In this document: positions 28,136-37,436 of the stretch, one piece after another
Layout: each line of letters opens with the position of its first letter
Numbering within the stretch: the first letter of the stretch is position 1
Assembly (NCBI GenBank): GCA_035551475.1
Contig: DASZMX010000144.1
Span: 1-60,052, forward strand
Length of the DNA stretch: 60,052 nucleotides
Direction of reading: 5' to 3'
DNA from: Verrucomicrobiia bacterium
GTDB lineage: Bacteria > Verrucomicrobiota > Verrucomicrobiia > Limisphaerales > Palsa-1400
Program-made: the position numbers and the translations under genes
The notes under the pieces: generated by a model
Seen by the model: only the letters and a program-made list of their open reading frames with translations
What the model was told of the DNA's origin: nothing
Database searches by the model: none

Positions 28136-29401
28136 TCACGTCATTTGATGCTTGCCGGGAATGGCAACCTCCACCGCAGGCACCGGGCCCCACGCCAGTT
28201 TTTCGGGCATGAGCGAGGTTTGCCACGCCATCGCTTCGTCCCATTGGACGACCTGGCCGCTGTAGGCGGATTCGCGCCCCATGATGGCCGTCATGGTGCT
28301 GTGCGCCACATTCAGCGAGTCATTCGTGTAGGGAGCGGCGCCGCGGACGGCGGCCATTAAATCCGCGTGTTCCACGACCTGCGGATTAGGTTTCGGCCCG
28401 TCAAATCGAATAATGTTGTCGCCCTGATGAATTTCGCCATCGTTTAGTTTGTTGCAAAAACCTTTTGTCCCCACGACTGCCTCGCTGACGTTGCCGTCGG
28501 TGCCGTCGATTTGGCGGCATTGACTGAATAGGCGCGCGCCATTGCGATATTCAAATTCCACCGCGAAATGATCGTAAATCTGGCCGGATTTTGAGCCGAG
28601 CGCCTGGCGTCCGCCCTGGCCGTAAGCGCGAATCGGATGGTCGTTCATGATCCAATTGCACACGTCGAGATTATGCAGATGCTGCTCGACGATATGATCG
28701 CCGCACAGCCAAACGTAGTGGTACCAATTATGCACTTGCCGCTCCATTTCCGTTTCCCAGTGGTCGCCGCGATGCCAGATGGCATTTTGATTCCAATAGG
28801 CGCGCAGGCAAAGCACGTCGCCAATCGCGCCGTCGTGGATGCGCTTGATGGTTTCCTTATAGCTCGGCTGATGGCGGCGCTGGGTGCCGGCGACGACGCA
28901 GAGTTGTTTCTGTCGCGCCAACTCGCCGGCCGCGATGAATTTTCGAATGCCCGGCGCATCCACCGCCACGGGTTTTTCGCAGAAAATATGTTTGCCGGCA
29001 TTCACCGCGGCTTCGAAATGAATGGGGCGAAAGCCCGGCGGCGTGGCGAGAATGACGTAATTAACGTCGGGCACCGCGAGGAGTTTTTGGTAGGCGTCAA
29101 AGCCCGAGAAACAATGAGCCGGATCAAGCTGATATTTTTCCGCCGCCGACCTGGCGACGTTTTCAAAAACATCGGCCACCGCCGCGACTTTCACATTGGG
29201 CGAAGCCTCGATGGCGTTGGCGACCGCGCCCGAGCCGCGCCCGCCGCAGCCAATCAAACCAATGCGAATCGGATCATCCGGCGCCGCATGGCTTGTCAAG
29301 ACAAACGGGAAATTGGCCGCCACGGCGGCGATGGAGGCGCTTTTAAGAAAGCCGCGCCGGTCGAGTCGATTCGAAGCCTGGGAGTCAGAGAGTTCGCTCA
29401 T
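28136..29401 (-). CDS. Gfo/Idh/MocA family oxidoreductase with twin-arginine (TAT) signal (ThuB-like)
   Basis: N-terminus MSELSDSQASNRLDRRGFLKSASIAAVAANFPF (RRxFLK Tat motif). Then a Rossmann GxGxxG (IGLIGCGGRGSGAV). 421 aa. Confidence 0.85.
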   Translation of the reverse strand: MSELSDSQASNRLDRRGFLKSASIAAVAANFPFVLTSHAAPDDPIRIGLIGCGGRGSGAVANAIEASPNVKVAAVADVFENVARSAAEKYQLDPAHCFSGFDAYQKLLAVPDVNYVILATPPGFRPIHFEAAVNAGKHIFCEKPVAVDAPGIRKFIAAGELARQKQLCVVAGTQRRHQPSYKETIKRIHDGAIGDVLCLRAYWNQNAIWHRGDHWETEMERQVHNWYHYVWLCGDHIVEQHLHNLDVCNWIMNDHPIRAYGQGGRQALGSKSGQIYDHFAVEFEYRNGARLFSQCRQIDGTDGNVSEAVVGTKGFCNKLNDGEIHQGDNIIRFDGPKPNPQVVEHADLMAAVRGAAPYTNDSLNVAHSTMTAIMGRESAYSGQVVQWDEAMAWQTSLMPEKLAWGPVPAVEVAIPGKHQMT

Positions 29402-29416
29402 AATATTTGTGGATGA

Positions 29417-30295
29417 TTATTTACGCGGGGGTTTGGGATCGAGATTCTGTTGCAGTTGGTCAGGGGTCACGCTAGAGGCCACGCCGGCGGGCGGAACTTC
29501 GATTTTGGCCGTCCAAAGAATCGCGTTTAAAACAAGTTTGCGGGCATTGTCATCGCCCCAATTATGGTGAAAGTGGCCGCCGGTGTAGCCGAAAGCGCGT
29601 CCGCCGCCGGCCCGTTCCGCCGCCCACGCAACGCATTGCAACTCGCCCCGCCCCACCGCCGCGCGCACGGTGGGATTGCCCTCGTGCGGGCCATCTTTGC
29701 GTTTCATCGTGCCGAGATCAGGCACGGCGGAGAGAATCGGCGTGACGTCTTTCATGCCGGGCCGGAAGCGCATGTGAAAATACCATTCGTCAAAAAGCGA
29801 GAAAGGCTGGACGCCCCGGGTGATCGGGCTCTCCGGCAACGTTTTGAAATCCGCCAGCCAGGTGGGATTCACCGACCAATTGACCTCAAACGCGCCTCCG
29901 AGCCAATTCACGAATTCTTTTTCACCGTTCTCAATGGTGGGTTCGACCGAATAATGCAGGCAGACCAATCCGACGCCGTGCGCCATCAACTCGTTCATGA
30001 TCTTCAAATGATCAGGCTGCAACAGCGGATGCCCGGGTCCGCCATCCGTGTAGAACACAATCGAAGCCGCATCGTCGAAAGCGTGCGGCGCGGCGGGCCA
30101 GCCATTCGTATAGACGACCGCCTGCACCTCCGGCGTTTGGGACAGGCATCCCGCCAGCAACAAACAACCTGCGCGATATTCATGTTCGCCCGGCCCGTGG
30201 CTGGGCGGCCCGGCGACAAATATAATTTTTCGCTCTGCGCCCCAGCTTCCGCACGCGGCCCCCAATAGAAACAGACCCAGCAAATATTTTTTCAT
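29417..30295 (-). CDS. ThuA-family protein (class I glutamine amidotransferase-like fold), secreted
   Basis: Signal peptide MKKYLLGLFLLGAACGSWGA. ThuA-like blocks IIFVAGPPSHGPGEHEY...HGVGLVCLHYS...GYTGGHFHHNWGDDN. 292 aa. Confidence 0.7.
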   Translation of the reverse strand: MKKYLLGLFLLGAACGSWGAERKIIFVAGPPSHGPGEHEYRAGCLLLAGCLSQTPEVQAVVYTNGWPAAPHAFDDAASIVFYTDGGPGHPLLQPDHLKIMNELMAHGVGLVCLHYSVEPTIENGEKEFVNWLGGAFEVNWSVNPTWLADFKTLPESPITRGVQPFSLFDEWYFHMRFRPGMKDVTPILSAVPDLGTMKRKDGPHEGNPTVRAAVGRGELQCVAWAAERAGGGRAFGYTGGHFHHNWGDDNARKLVLNAILWTAKIEVPPAGVASSVTPDQLQQNLDPKPPRK

Positions 30296-31143
30296 GGCTT
30301 AAGTAAAAGCTTACGCAAAAACGCCAGCCCGTTCACAGCGATTTCGTCGCGGGTGGGCTCGATCCGGCGCCAGATGGCCGCCGCGCGCGCAATGACTTTC
30401 ACGTCGGGCGTGAAGGATTCAATCACCACATCGCCAGTGTAACGGATGTCGCGCAACGCCTGCGCGATGGATTTCCAATCGGTGTGATCGCGTCCGGGCG
30501 TGCCGCGGTCGCTGCCGCAAGCGTGCAAATGCCCGAGGCGCGAACCAGCCTGCCGGATGGCGTCCGCGGGCGATTTTTCCTCGATATTCATGTGGAATGT
30601 GTCGAGAAGAATTTTCAGCGCGGGGCTGCCCACCTCGCCGACCATCTGGCGCGCCTGTTCGCAAGTGTTGATGAAGTCCGTCTCAAAGCGGTTCAAGGGT
30701 TCCAGGCAAATCTTTCGACCGCCCTCTTCCGCGGTGCGAGCCAGCGTCCGCAAATGTTGCGCCACCGTGCGCCACTGGCGGCGGCGCTCGGGCGCCGGAA
30801 CAGCATCCGCGCGCCCCACGCACGAATAAAGCGGGCCGATCAGCGTTGGGCAGTCCAGAACCGCCATTTGCTCCAGCAAGCGCGTCACATACCGCACGGT
30901 GGCCTTTTGCTGGGTCACGGTTCCGCGCAAATCGCGGTCCGGCCCGAAACAGGCGCTCACGGATCCGCACACCAACCCATTTTCCTCCAGCTTTTGTTTC
31001 ACAAACGCGGGATCGATGTGCGCCGGATCCTCCACCGCAATTTCCACGCTGTCAAAACCCCACCGCCGAAATTTGGGAAAGAGCCGCGTCGTTTGATTGG
31101 TAAACGGCGAGGCGAAGAGAAAGGTGTTAATCCCGAACCGCAT
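30292..31143 (-). CDS. sugar phosphate isomerase/epimerase (xylose-isomerase-like TIM barrel)
   Basis: In-frame ATG at 31141-31143 (MRFGINTFLFASPF...); the track start 31209 is GTG. Typical AP-endonuclease-2/TIM-barrel blocks (FDSVEIAVEDP, LCLEPLNRFETDFINT, HLHACGSDRGTPG). Overlaps ThuA at its 3' end by 4 nt. Confidence 0.65.
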   Translation of the reverse strand: MRFGINTFLFASPFTNQTTRLFPKFRRWGFDSVEIAVEDPAHIDPAFVKQKLEENGLVCGSVSACFGPDRDLRGTVTQQKATVRYVTRLLEQMAVLDCPTLIGPLYSCVGRADAVPAPERRRQWRTVAQHLRTLARTAEEGGRKICLEPLNRFETDFINTCEQARQMVGEVGSPALKILLDTFHMNIEEKSPADAIRQAGSRLGHLHACGSDRGTPGRDHTDWKSIAQALRDIRYTGDVVIESFTPDVKVIARAAAIWRRIEPTRDEIAVNGLAFLRKLLLKP

Positions 31144-31145
31144 GC

Positions 31146-31976
31146 TCAATGCCGCGCGCCATAACCGGCCGCGATGTTGCCTTTTTCGTCGAGCTTCCTG
31201 CAGGCCCACAGCAAGCCGCGCGCGACCAAATCCAGGTAGCGCGGATCTGCGACGGTGGCGTTGTTGTGCCCGATGGTCGTGCTGAAGACGCGCGCGCCGT
31301 GATATTCATTCACCCATGCGACGACGTAGTCGTTGGTTTTATTCGAGAGAACTTGCGCGCCACGCGCCAGCGGCGTGGCGCCAGGAAAGATTTGCACGTT
31401 ATTGTAAAGCTCCTCGTTGATCGTCGTCCAATTCGTCATCCCTAACGTGATCGGATGCTCGCCCGCGATGAAGTTAAGGGAGATGGGAAGCTGGGCGCCA
31501 TGCGCGCTGGATTGCAGCCCCAGATATTCAAACCACATCGCGCGCTCCGAGCCGGGCACAGCGATTTCGGCCGGATTGCCGATGCGATAACAGTGCATGG
31601 CGCAATGCAGATTGACTCCGGGCACACCCGCGCGGTGCGGCGCGAGGACGCCTTTGATGATTTCAGGATTGCTGACATCGGCGGCGCATTCGTCATGAAT
31701 GATCACGTCGTAGGACTGCGCGTAATCGGGATTTCCATAGATCGGAAGTGGCGGCATGGTGGCGGAAGCTCCAGGCGGAATCGCAATATAAACCTGATCG
31801 ACCACCACGTTGGCCCGCGCCTCAAGCCCTTTCTTTAAAATATCCTTTTGCGCCGCGTAATCGTGGCAGCAACCGCCCGCGATGAGCAGCGCCCGCAACG
31901 GTTTCACATCAGCTGCCGTCACACTGAGGGCGCCGCCGAGGAAACTGGCGGCGAGCAGGGAAAGAAATTTGTGCAT
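31146..31976 (-). CDS. ThuA-family protein, second paralogue, secreted
   Basis: Signal peptide MHKFLSLLAASFLGGALSVTAA, then LRALLIAGGCCHDYAAQ. 276 aa. Its stop is 3 nt from the ATG of the isomerase gene. Confidence 0.65.
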   Translation of the reverse strand: MHKFLSLLAASFLGGALSVTAADVKPLRALLIAGGCCHDYAAQKDILKKGLEARANVVVDQVYIAIPPGASATMPPLPIYGNPDYAQSYDVIIHDECAADVSNPEIIKGVLAPHRAGVPGVNLHCAMHCYRIGNPAEIAVPGSERAMWFEYLGLQSSAHGAQLPISLNFIAGEHPITLGMTNWTTINEELYNNVQIFPGATPLARGAQVLSNKTNDYVVAWVNEYHGARVFSTTIGHNNATVADPRYLDLVARGLLWACRKLDEKGNIAAGYGARH

Positions 31977-32032
31977 GCGCGATGTTTAAAGCCGGGCGCC
32001 GCTTTGTAAAGGGACAAAGGGAAACGGCGGGC

Positions 32033-32920
32033 TTAATTCGCGCCGGCTTCTTCGATGGGCGCGGCGTATTGCGTGGGCTTGACCTCGACGCCGGTTTGAT
32101 GGGCGTACACCTGCGTGAATTCCGCCCCGAGAAACAAAATCAGCGAGGCGTAATACACCCACATCAAAACGACAATCACCGAACCCGCCGCGCCATAGGC
32201 GGAGGCCGTGCTCTCGCGTCCGAGATACAGGCCGAGCAAATGTTTGCCGAGCGTAAATAAAAGCGATGTCCCCGCCGCCCCCATCCAAACCTTGCTCCAC
32301 GGTATTTCCACATCGGGGAGGAATTTAAAAATCATCGCAAAGAGGGCGGTGATCACGGCGAACGAGAAACCGAAATCCACGGTGTGCGCGACCCAATCCA
32401 TTTGCGGCAGCGCCTGGGTCAGAATTCCGCTGAAGGCCGATAACGCCGTGGAGAGCGCGAGCGATACCAGCAGCAAAAAGCCAACTCCCAACACCATCGC
32501 GAAAGACAGGAACCGGTTCCGGAAAAACAACCAAAGCCCGCGGCCCGGTTTCGACTTGACGCCCCAAATTGTATTCAGCGACGTTTGCAATTGGCCAAAC
32601 ACACCCGTGGCGCCGAAAAGCAACGAAGCAAGGGCAATGGTCTTCATCAACGCGCTGGTCGCCTGCGTCCGCGCGGCCATCATGGAATCCACCGTTTTGG
32701 CCGACCCTTCGCCGAGCATGCCTTCCAGGGCCTTATGGATATGGTCGCGCACCGTGTCGAAACCAAACGCGGCTCCCGCCAAGGCCACTGCAATCGCCAG
32801 CATCGGCCCCAGCGAAAACATGGCGTAATAGGCCAAGGCGGCGCCGAGCGTGAGGATATTGTCCTCGTTGAATTCGCGCGCCGTTCCTTTTGCGATGTCG
32901 CCCGCCAATTTCCATGTCAT
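32033..32920 (-). CDS. YihY/BrkB (virulence factor BrkB / tRNA-processing RNase BN-like) family membrane protein
   Basis: MTWKLAGDIAKGTAREFNEDNILTLGAALAYYAMFSLGPMLAIAVAL is the conserved YihY N-terminus (F..D.....AAALAYY.LLSLFP). Six TM segments. Start taken at the in-frame ATG (M26 of the track ORF); the true start is uncertain. Confidence 0.65.
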   Translation of the reverse strand: MTWKLAGDIAKGTAREFNEDNILTLGAALAYYAMFSLGPMLAIAVALAGAAFGFDTVRDHIHKALEGMLGEGSAKTVDSMMAARTQATSALMKTIALASLLFGATGVFGQLQTSLNTIWGVKSKPGRGLWLFFRNRFLSFAMVLGVGFLLLVSLALSTALSAFSGILTQALPQMDWVAHTVDFGFSFAVITALFAMIFKFLPDVEIPWSKVWMGAAGTSLLFTLGKHLLGLYLGRESTASAYGAAGSVIVVLMWVYYASLILFLGAEFTQVYAHQTGVEVKPTQYAAPIEEAGAN

Positions 32921-33269
32921 TCCCCTGCCCTTCATACCGGCAAAAATATAACGAATCCTCCACGCCCGCGCCTGCGGATTTTGCCTGCCTCGCAAGCGCT
33001 GGTTTGCCGGGGGCGACGAACCTGGGTGGATCGAGATCTGGTTTATCCTCAGCAGGTTAAGCCAGCTCCACTTGACTGCGACATTCCGAGGAGTAGGATT
33101 CCCTTGTAGCAGCCTAAGTCTGCCTGCCTTCCTGCGGGCGGACGCGGGGGAACCAATTCCTCGGAAAGCCGGGGATGGGGCGAACGGCGAAGCGAACCTT
33201 CGTCGCGATCACTTTCAGGATCGAGCCCGTCAGCTAACCTCGTCGGCCTCTGGAAGGGCGATCCTCTAG

Positions 33270-33288
33270 GATTTCGCGCCGCGAAATC
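33270..33288 (+). promoter_or_regulatory. perfect 19-bp palindrome GATTTCGCGCCGCGAAATC in a long leader upstream of the flotillin gene (operator or RNA hairpin candidate)
   Basis: Seen directly at 33270-33288: GATTTCG-CGCCG-CGAAATC (7-bp arms, 8 with the inner C:G). It lies about 85 nt upstream of the flotillin ATG, in a ~370-nt region with no convincing ORF. Confidence 0.3.
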
Positions 33289-33371
33289 TCCACGGTCTCC
33301 CAGACATGAACGCGTTGAGCGCGCGCACGGTGATAAACCGCGCGGACGCCCAACCACATCGGAGTCGTGTT

Positions 33372-35150
33372 ATGACCGGATATATTCTATGGACCATCGG
33401 CGGGGTTTTAGTGTTCGTGGGCCTCATGGTGTTGGCGTCGAGTTACATCATCATTCACGAACGGCAGGTGGGGATCGTGGTAAAGAGGTTTGCCTTCAAA
33501 TCGCTGGAGCCCGGAAAATTGGTGGCGCTGGACGGCGAAGCCGGCTACCAAGCCGACACGCTGGCGCCGGGAGTGCATTCCGGTTATTGGCCGTGGCAAT
33601 ATCGCATCATCAAGGTGCCCGTCACGGTCGTGCCGCAAGGTGAAATCGCGCTCGTCCTGGCCGCCGCCGGTGAAGCCATCCCGCCGCAACGCATCCTCGG
33701 CAAAGTCGTGCCGTGCGATAACTTCCAGGATGCGCGCCAGTTTCTGCTCAATGGCGGCGAAAAAGGCCGGCAGATCGCCATCCTCACGGCGGGAACCTAC
33801 CGCATCAACACGGCGCTGTTCACCGTCATCAATGCCTGCAGCGCGCCGGAGCACGGCATGATGCCAGAGCAACTTCTCTTGCAACGCATCGAATCGGACA
33901 TGGTCGGCATCGTCACCACGTTGGACGGCCTGGCCATCGAAGCCGGTGAAATCGCCGGCCCGGCCATCCCCGGCCACGAAAACTTCCAGAACGCGCAGGC
34001 GTTTTTGGACGGCGGCGGACGCCGCGGTTTGCAGGAGCAAATCCTCTTGTCAGGCACCTGGAACTTGAATCCGTGGTTTGCGCAAGTGGAGCAGGCGCCG
34101 ATGGTGCAGATTCCCATTGGCTACGTCGGCGTAGTCATCTCCTTTGTCGGCGCCGCGCATGTCGATGTCAGTGGCGTGGAATTCAAGCACGGCGACCTCG
34201 TGGACACTGGGCACAAAGGCGTTTGGGTCACGCCGCTTTATCCCGGCAAACACCCCATCAACACACGCGTGATGAAAGTGGAGTTCGTGCCCACGACGAA
34301 TATCGTGCTCAATTGGGCCAATCGCACGGAGGCGCATCATTATGACGAAAAATTGTCGTCCATCACCGTGCGCTCCAAGGACGGCTTCGGCTTCAACCTG
34401 GACGTCTCGCAGATCATTCACGTCGGCGCGTTGGATGCGCCGAAAGTCATCTCGCGCGTGGGCTCCATGCAGAATCTGGTGGACCACGTTTTGCAGCCGA
34501 TTGTCGGGAATTATTTCCGAAATTCAGCCCAGGGCTACACCGTCCTAGACTTCCTGAACGCGCGCAGCCAGCGGCAAATCGAGGCCGCCGAACATATCCG
34601 CAAGGCCATTGGCGCTTACGACGTTCAGGCCATCGATACGTTGATCGGCGATATCAATCCGCCCGAGAAACTGATGACCACGCAAACCGACCGCAAAATC
34701 GCGGAGGAAGAGCGCCAGACCTACGGCATGCAGCAGGCCGCCCAGGAACAACGGCAGCAATTGGTGCGTCAGACGGCGCTGGCCAACATTCAGCAGGAAA
34801 TCGTCGGCGCCGAACAAGGCGTGAGCATTGCCGAACTAAAAGCGAGCGCCGCCGTGAAAGAAGCCGCCGGCGAATCCGAATCAACGCGGCTGCGCGCCCT
34901 GGGCGAGTCGGAGGCGATCCGTTCCCTTGGCGGCGCCAAGGCCGACGCCTATCGCCAAGGCGTGCAATCGCTCGGCGCGCAGGGCTATACCTTGATGCAG
35001 CTCATGCAAATCGTCGGCGATCGCCATGTCCGCATCGTCCCGGACGTCGCCGTCACCGGCGCCAACGCTGGGACCGGCCTGGTGGACGGGCTTCTGGGCG
35101 TCATGCTGCACAAGCAGGCAGGCGACGCCCTGGCGCCCAAGCTTGACTAA
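33372..35150 (+). CDS. flotillin-like SPFH/Band-7 domain protein
   Basis: ATG at 33372 (MTGYILWTIGGVLVFVGLMVLASSYIIIHERQVGIVVKRF...) with a TM anchor. SPFH core. The C-terminal coiled-coil region is rich in A/E/Q (EERQTYGMQQAAQEQRQQLVRQTALANIQQEIVGAEQG). 592 aa. Confidence 0.7.
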   Translation: MTGYILWTIGGVLVFVGLMVLASSYIIIHERQVGIVVKRFAFKSLEPGKLVALDGEAGYQADTLAPGVHSGYWPWQYRIIKVPVTVVPQGEIALVLAAAGEAIPPQRILGKVVPCDNFQDARQFLLNGGEKGRQIAILTAGTYRINTALFTVINACSAPEHGMMPEQLLLQRIESDMVGIVTTLDGLAIEAGEIAGPAIPGHENFQNAQAFLDGGGRRGLQEQILLSGTWNLNPWFAQVEQAPMVQIPIGYVGVVISFVGAAHVDVSGVEFKHGDLVDTGHKGVWVTPLYPGKHPINTRVMKVEFVPTTNIVLNWANRTEAHHYDEKLSSITVRSKDGFGFNLDVSQIIHVGALDAPKVISRVGSMQNLVDHVLQPIVGNYFRNSAQGYTVLDFLNARSQRQIEAAEHIRKAIGAYDVQAIDTLIGDINPPEKLMTTQTDRKIAEEERQTYGMQQAAQEQRQQLVRQTALANIQQEIVGAEQGVSIAELKASAAVKEAAGESESTRLRALGESEAIRSLGGAKADAYRQGVQSLGAQGYTLMQLMQIVGDRHVRIVPDVAVTGANAGTGLVDGLLGVMLHKQAGDALAPKLD

Positions 35151-35177
35151 AAGCGGCCGGGCTGGCCTGACATGGAG

Positions 35178-36257
35178 TTAAAGCTCCAACGAGAGTTGCG
35201 CGCCTAGCGGTCGGCGAAAAGATGCCGCCGAAAGCGCGTGACGGTCCGTGTTGGCCAGCCCGGTTTTGCGGAGGGCAACGGCAAAGGTTTGGGCAATTTG
35301 GTCGGCGAAAATGCCCTCACCTTTCATGCGGCTGCCCCATTCGGAGACGTTAAGTTTGCCGTCGCGCATGGCGCGGATGCGATTGAGGATTTTATCCTTT
35401 TGGCCCGGGGCATGGGCGTCGAGCCATTGCGCGAACAAATCTTTCACGGCGTGGGGCAGCCGCACGACGGTGTAGCCGGCGAATTTGGCGCCGGCATCGA
35501 CGCACGCCTGCACGATGGGCAAGATTTCGTGGTCGGTCAGACCCGGGATGATCGGGGCAACATTCACGCCGACCGGCACGCCCGCGGCGGACAAGGCCTG
35601 GATGGCGGCCAGGCGTTGCCGAGGGGACGAAGTGCGGGGCTCCATGACGCGGGCGAGGCCGGCGTCGAGCGTCGTGACGGAAAGGCAAACCGATACGGCC
35701 TGAAAACGCGCCAGTTCCTGCAGCAGATCAATGTCCCGCGTGACGAGGAAATTCTTGGTGATAATGACGACGGGATTGCGGCAGTCGGCCAGGACTTCCA
35801 GGCAGCCGCGCGTCAACTTTAATTTGCGCTCAATGGGCTGGTAGCAATCAGTCACGCCGCTCATGGCAATCACGCGCGGCTTCCATTTGGGCGACGACAA
35901 TTCCCGGCGCAACAATTCCGGCGCGCGCTCCTTGACCATGATTTTGCTCTCAAAATCCAAACCGGCGGACAGGCCGAGGTATTCGTGCGTCGGGCGGGCG
36001 TAGCAGTAAATGCAGCCGTGCTCGCACCCGCGATAGGCGTTGATGCTGGTGTCGAAACCGACGTCGGGACTGTCGTTGTGGGCGAGAATCGAGGCGGATT
36101 GGTCGCGGAGGAATTGGGTGCCGGGAGCGACGGAGGGCTCGCCATCGACTGTGTCAAGATCATTTTCCAGGTGGAGCTTCTCGAAGCGGTTGGCGGGATT
36201 GGAGGGCGCGCCGCGGCCGGGGACAGACGGTGGATTCGACTGCGCAGAAGCGTTCAT
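35178..36257 (-). CDS. radical SAM protein, PA0069 / SplB-like (DNA-photolyase-like, COG1533) family
   Basis: SAM cluster motif YRGCEHGCIYCYARPTHEY (CxxxCxxC with an aromatic residue). 359 aa. ATG at 36255-36257. Confidence 0.7.
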   Translation of the reverse strand: MNASAQSNPPSVPGRGAPSNPANRFEKLHLENDLDTVDGEPSVAPGTQFLRDQSASILAHNDSPDVGFDTSINAYRGCEHGCIYCYARPTHEYLGLSAGLDFESKIMVKERAPELLRRELSSPKWKPRVIAMSGVTDCYQPIERKLKLTRGCLEVLADCRNPVVIITKNFLVTRDIDLLQELARFQAVSVCLSVTTLDAGLARVMEPRTSSPRQRLAAIQALSAAGVPVGVNVAPIIPGLTDHEILPIVQACVDAGAKFAGYTVVRLPHAVKDLFAQWLDAHAPGQKDKILNRIRAMRDGKLNVSEWGSRMKGEGIFADQIAQTFAVALRKTGLANTDRHALSAASFRRPLGAQLSLEL

Positions 36258-36261
36258 CCGA

Positions 36262-36284
36262 TTCGGTTTTCAAATTTAACCGAA
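36262..36284. promoter_or_regulatory. inverted repeat TTCGGTT-(TTCAAATTT)-AACCGAA in the 48-bp divergent intergenic region between the PA0069-rSAM and lptF/G starts
   Basis: 7-bp arms around an AT-rich 9-nt core, located 5 nt from the rSAM ATG and 22 nt from the lptF/G ATG. It could be a shared operator. Confidence 0.3.
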
Positions 36285-36305
36285 CCGGGGTAGAAACCAA
36301 GGGGA

Positions 36306-37397
36306 ATGCGTTTGCTCGACCGGTATTTGCTGCGGGAATTGCTCACGCCGCTGGCGTATTGCCTGAGCGGCTTTCTTATTTTCTACGTGGCGTTCGATTT
36401 GATTTTTCGGATTTCCCAGTTCCAGGACGCGCATTTGCAGGCCTTTGATGTGGTCAAGTACTATGTCGTGACGCTCCCCGGCATCCTGGCGGACTTGGTC
36501 ATTCCGGTTTCGCTGTTGCTGGCTTTGCTTTATGCGCTGACCAATCACGGGCGCCATAACGAACTGGTGGCGATGCGCGCCGCCGGCGTGGGCGTGTGGC
36601 GGATCGCGGCGCCGTATTTGGCGGTGGGCGCGGCGCTGGGCGTGGTCGTTTTGTTCATCAACGAAGTTTGGGCGCCGCAGACCGCCGACCGCGCGCGGGA
36701 ACTTCTGCAGGGCCACAAAGGCCCTGCGCGGGAACGGATGGCAATCCGGTTTCGCAGCGACGACACGATGCGCGATTGGGTGGTCGATGGCGGCATCGAT
36801 CCCGCCACGGGCGATCTCCTGCAGCCGCAGGTGCGCTGGACCGCCCCGCAGCCGGGCGCGCCGCAGCGCATTCATGCGGATCGGGCCGCCTATCACGATG
36901 GCCAATGGATTTTTTCGAACGCGGATGTCTGGATGTGGGGCAAGGATCAGTCAACCATCAGCTCCAATTATCCCATGCGCCTCCCGGAAACTCCGGCGTG
37001 GATTCGCACGGAAATCAAACTAACCTCGCTCAGCCGGACGGAAGCGGCAAAACGGCCGCAACTCTCCATCGGCGAACTCTCGACGTATTTGCGGCTGCAT
37101 CCGAATTTGGGCGCGGATAAGCGCGCCATTTTTCAAACGCAATTGCAGGGGCGCATCGCCGGGCCGTTCACCTGCCTGGCGGTGGTGATGATCGCGTTCC
37201 CGCTCGGCGCGAAGCCGGGGCGGCGGAATGTGTTTGTCGGGGTGGCGAACAGCATTTTCATTTGTTTCGCGTATTTTATTTTGCAGCGCGTCTGCTTCGC
37301 GTTTGGCACGAGCGGCGACATGCCCCCTGCCCTCGCGGCCTGGCTGCCGAACTTGTTGTGCGTCGGCGCCGGTCTGGCGCTCATGACGCATCTTTGA
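36306..37397 (+). CDS. LptF/LptG family LPS export permease
   Basis: MRLLDRYLLRELLTPLAYCLSGFLIFYVAFDLIFRI... is the canonical YjgP/YjgQ N-terminus (LDRYI.RE.L..F...L..F......L). Six TM helices with a periplasmic beta-jellyroll between TM3 and TM4. 363 aa. Confidence 0.8.
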   Translation: MRLLDRYLLRELLTPLAYCLSGFLIFYVAFDLIFRISQFQDAHLQAFDVVKYYVVTLPGILADLVIPVSLLLALLYALTNHGRHNELVAMRAAGVGVWRIAAPYLAVGAALGVVVLFINEVWAPQTADRARELLQGHKGPARERMAIRFRSDDTMRDWVVDGGIDPATGDLLQPQVRWTAPQPGAPQRIHADRAAYHDGQWIFSNADVWMWGKDQSTISSNYPMRLPETPAWIRTEIKLTSLSRTEAAKRPQLSIGELSTYLRLHPNLGADKRAIFQTQLQGRIAGPFTCLAVVMIAFPLGAKPGRRNVFVGVANSIFICFAYFILQRVCFAFGTSGDMPPALAAWLPNLLCVGAGLALMTHL

Positions 37398-37436
37398 GCC
37401 TTTAACCCATCGCAGCCTTCGCCTATCGTGGGGGCG

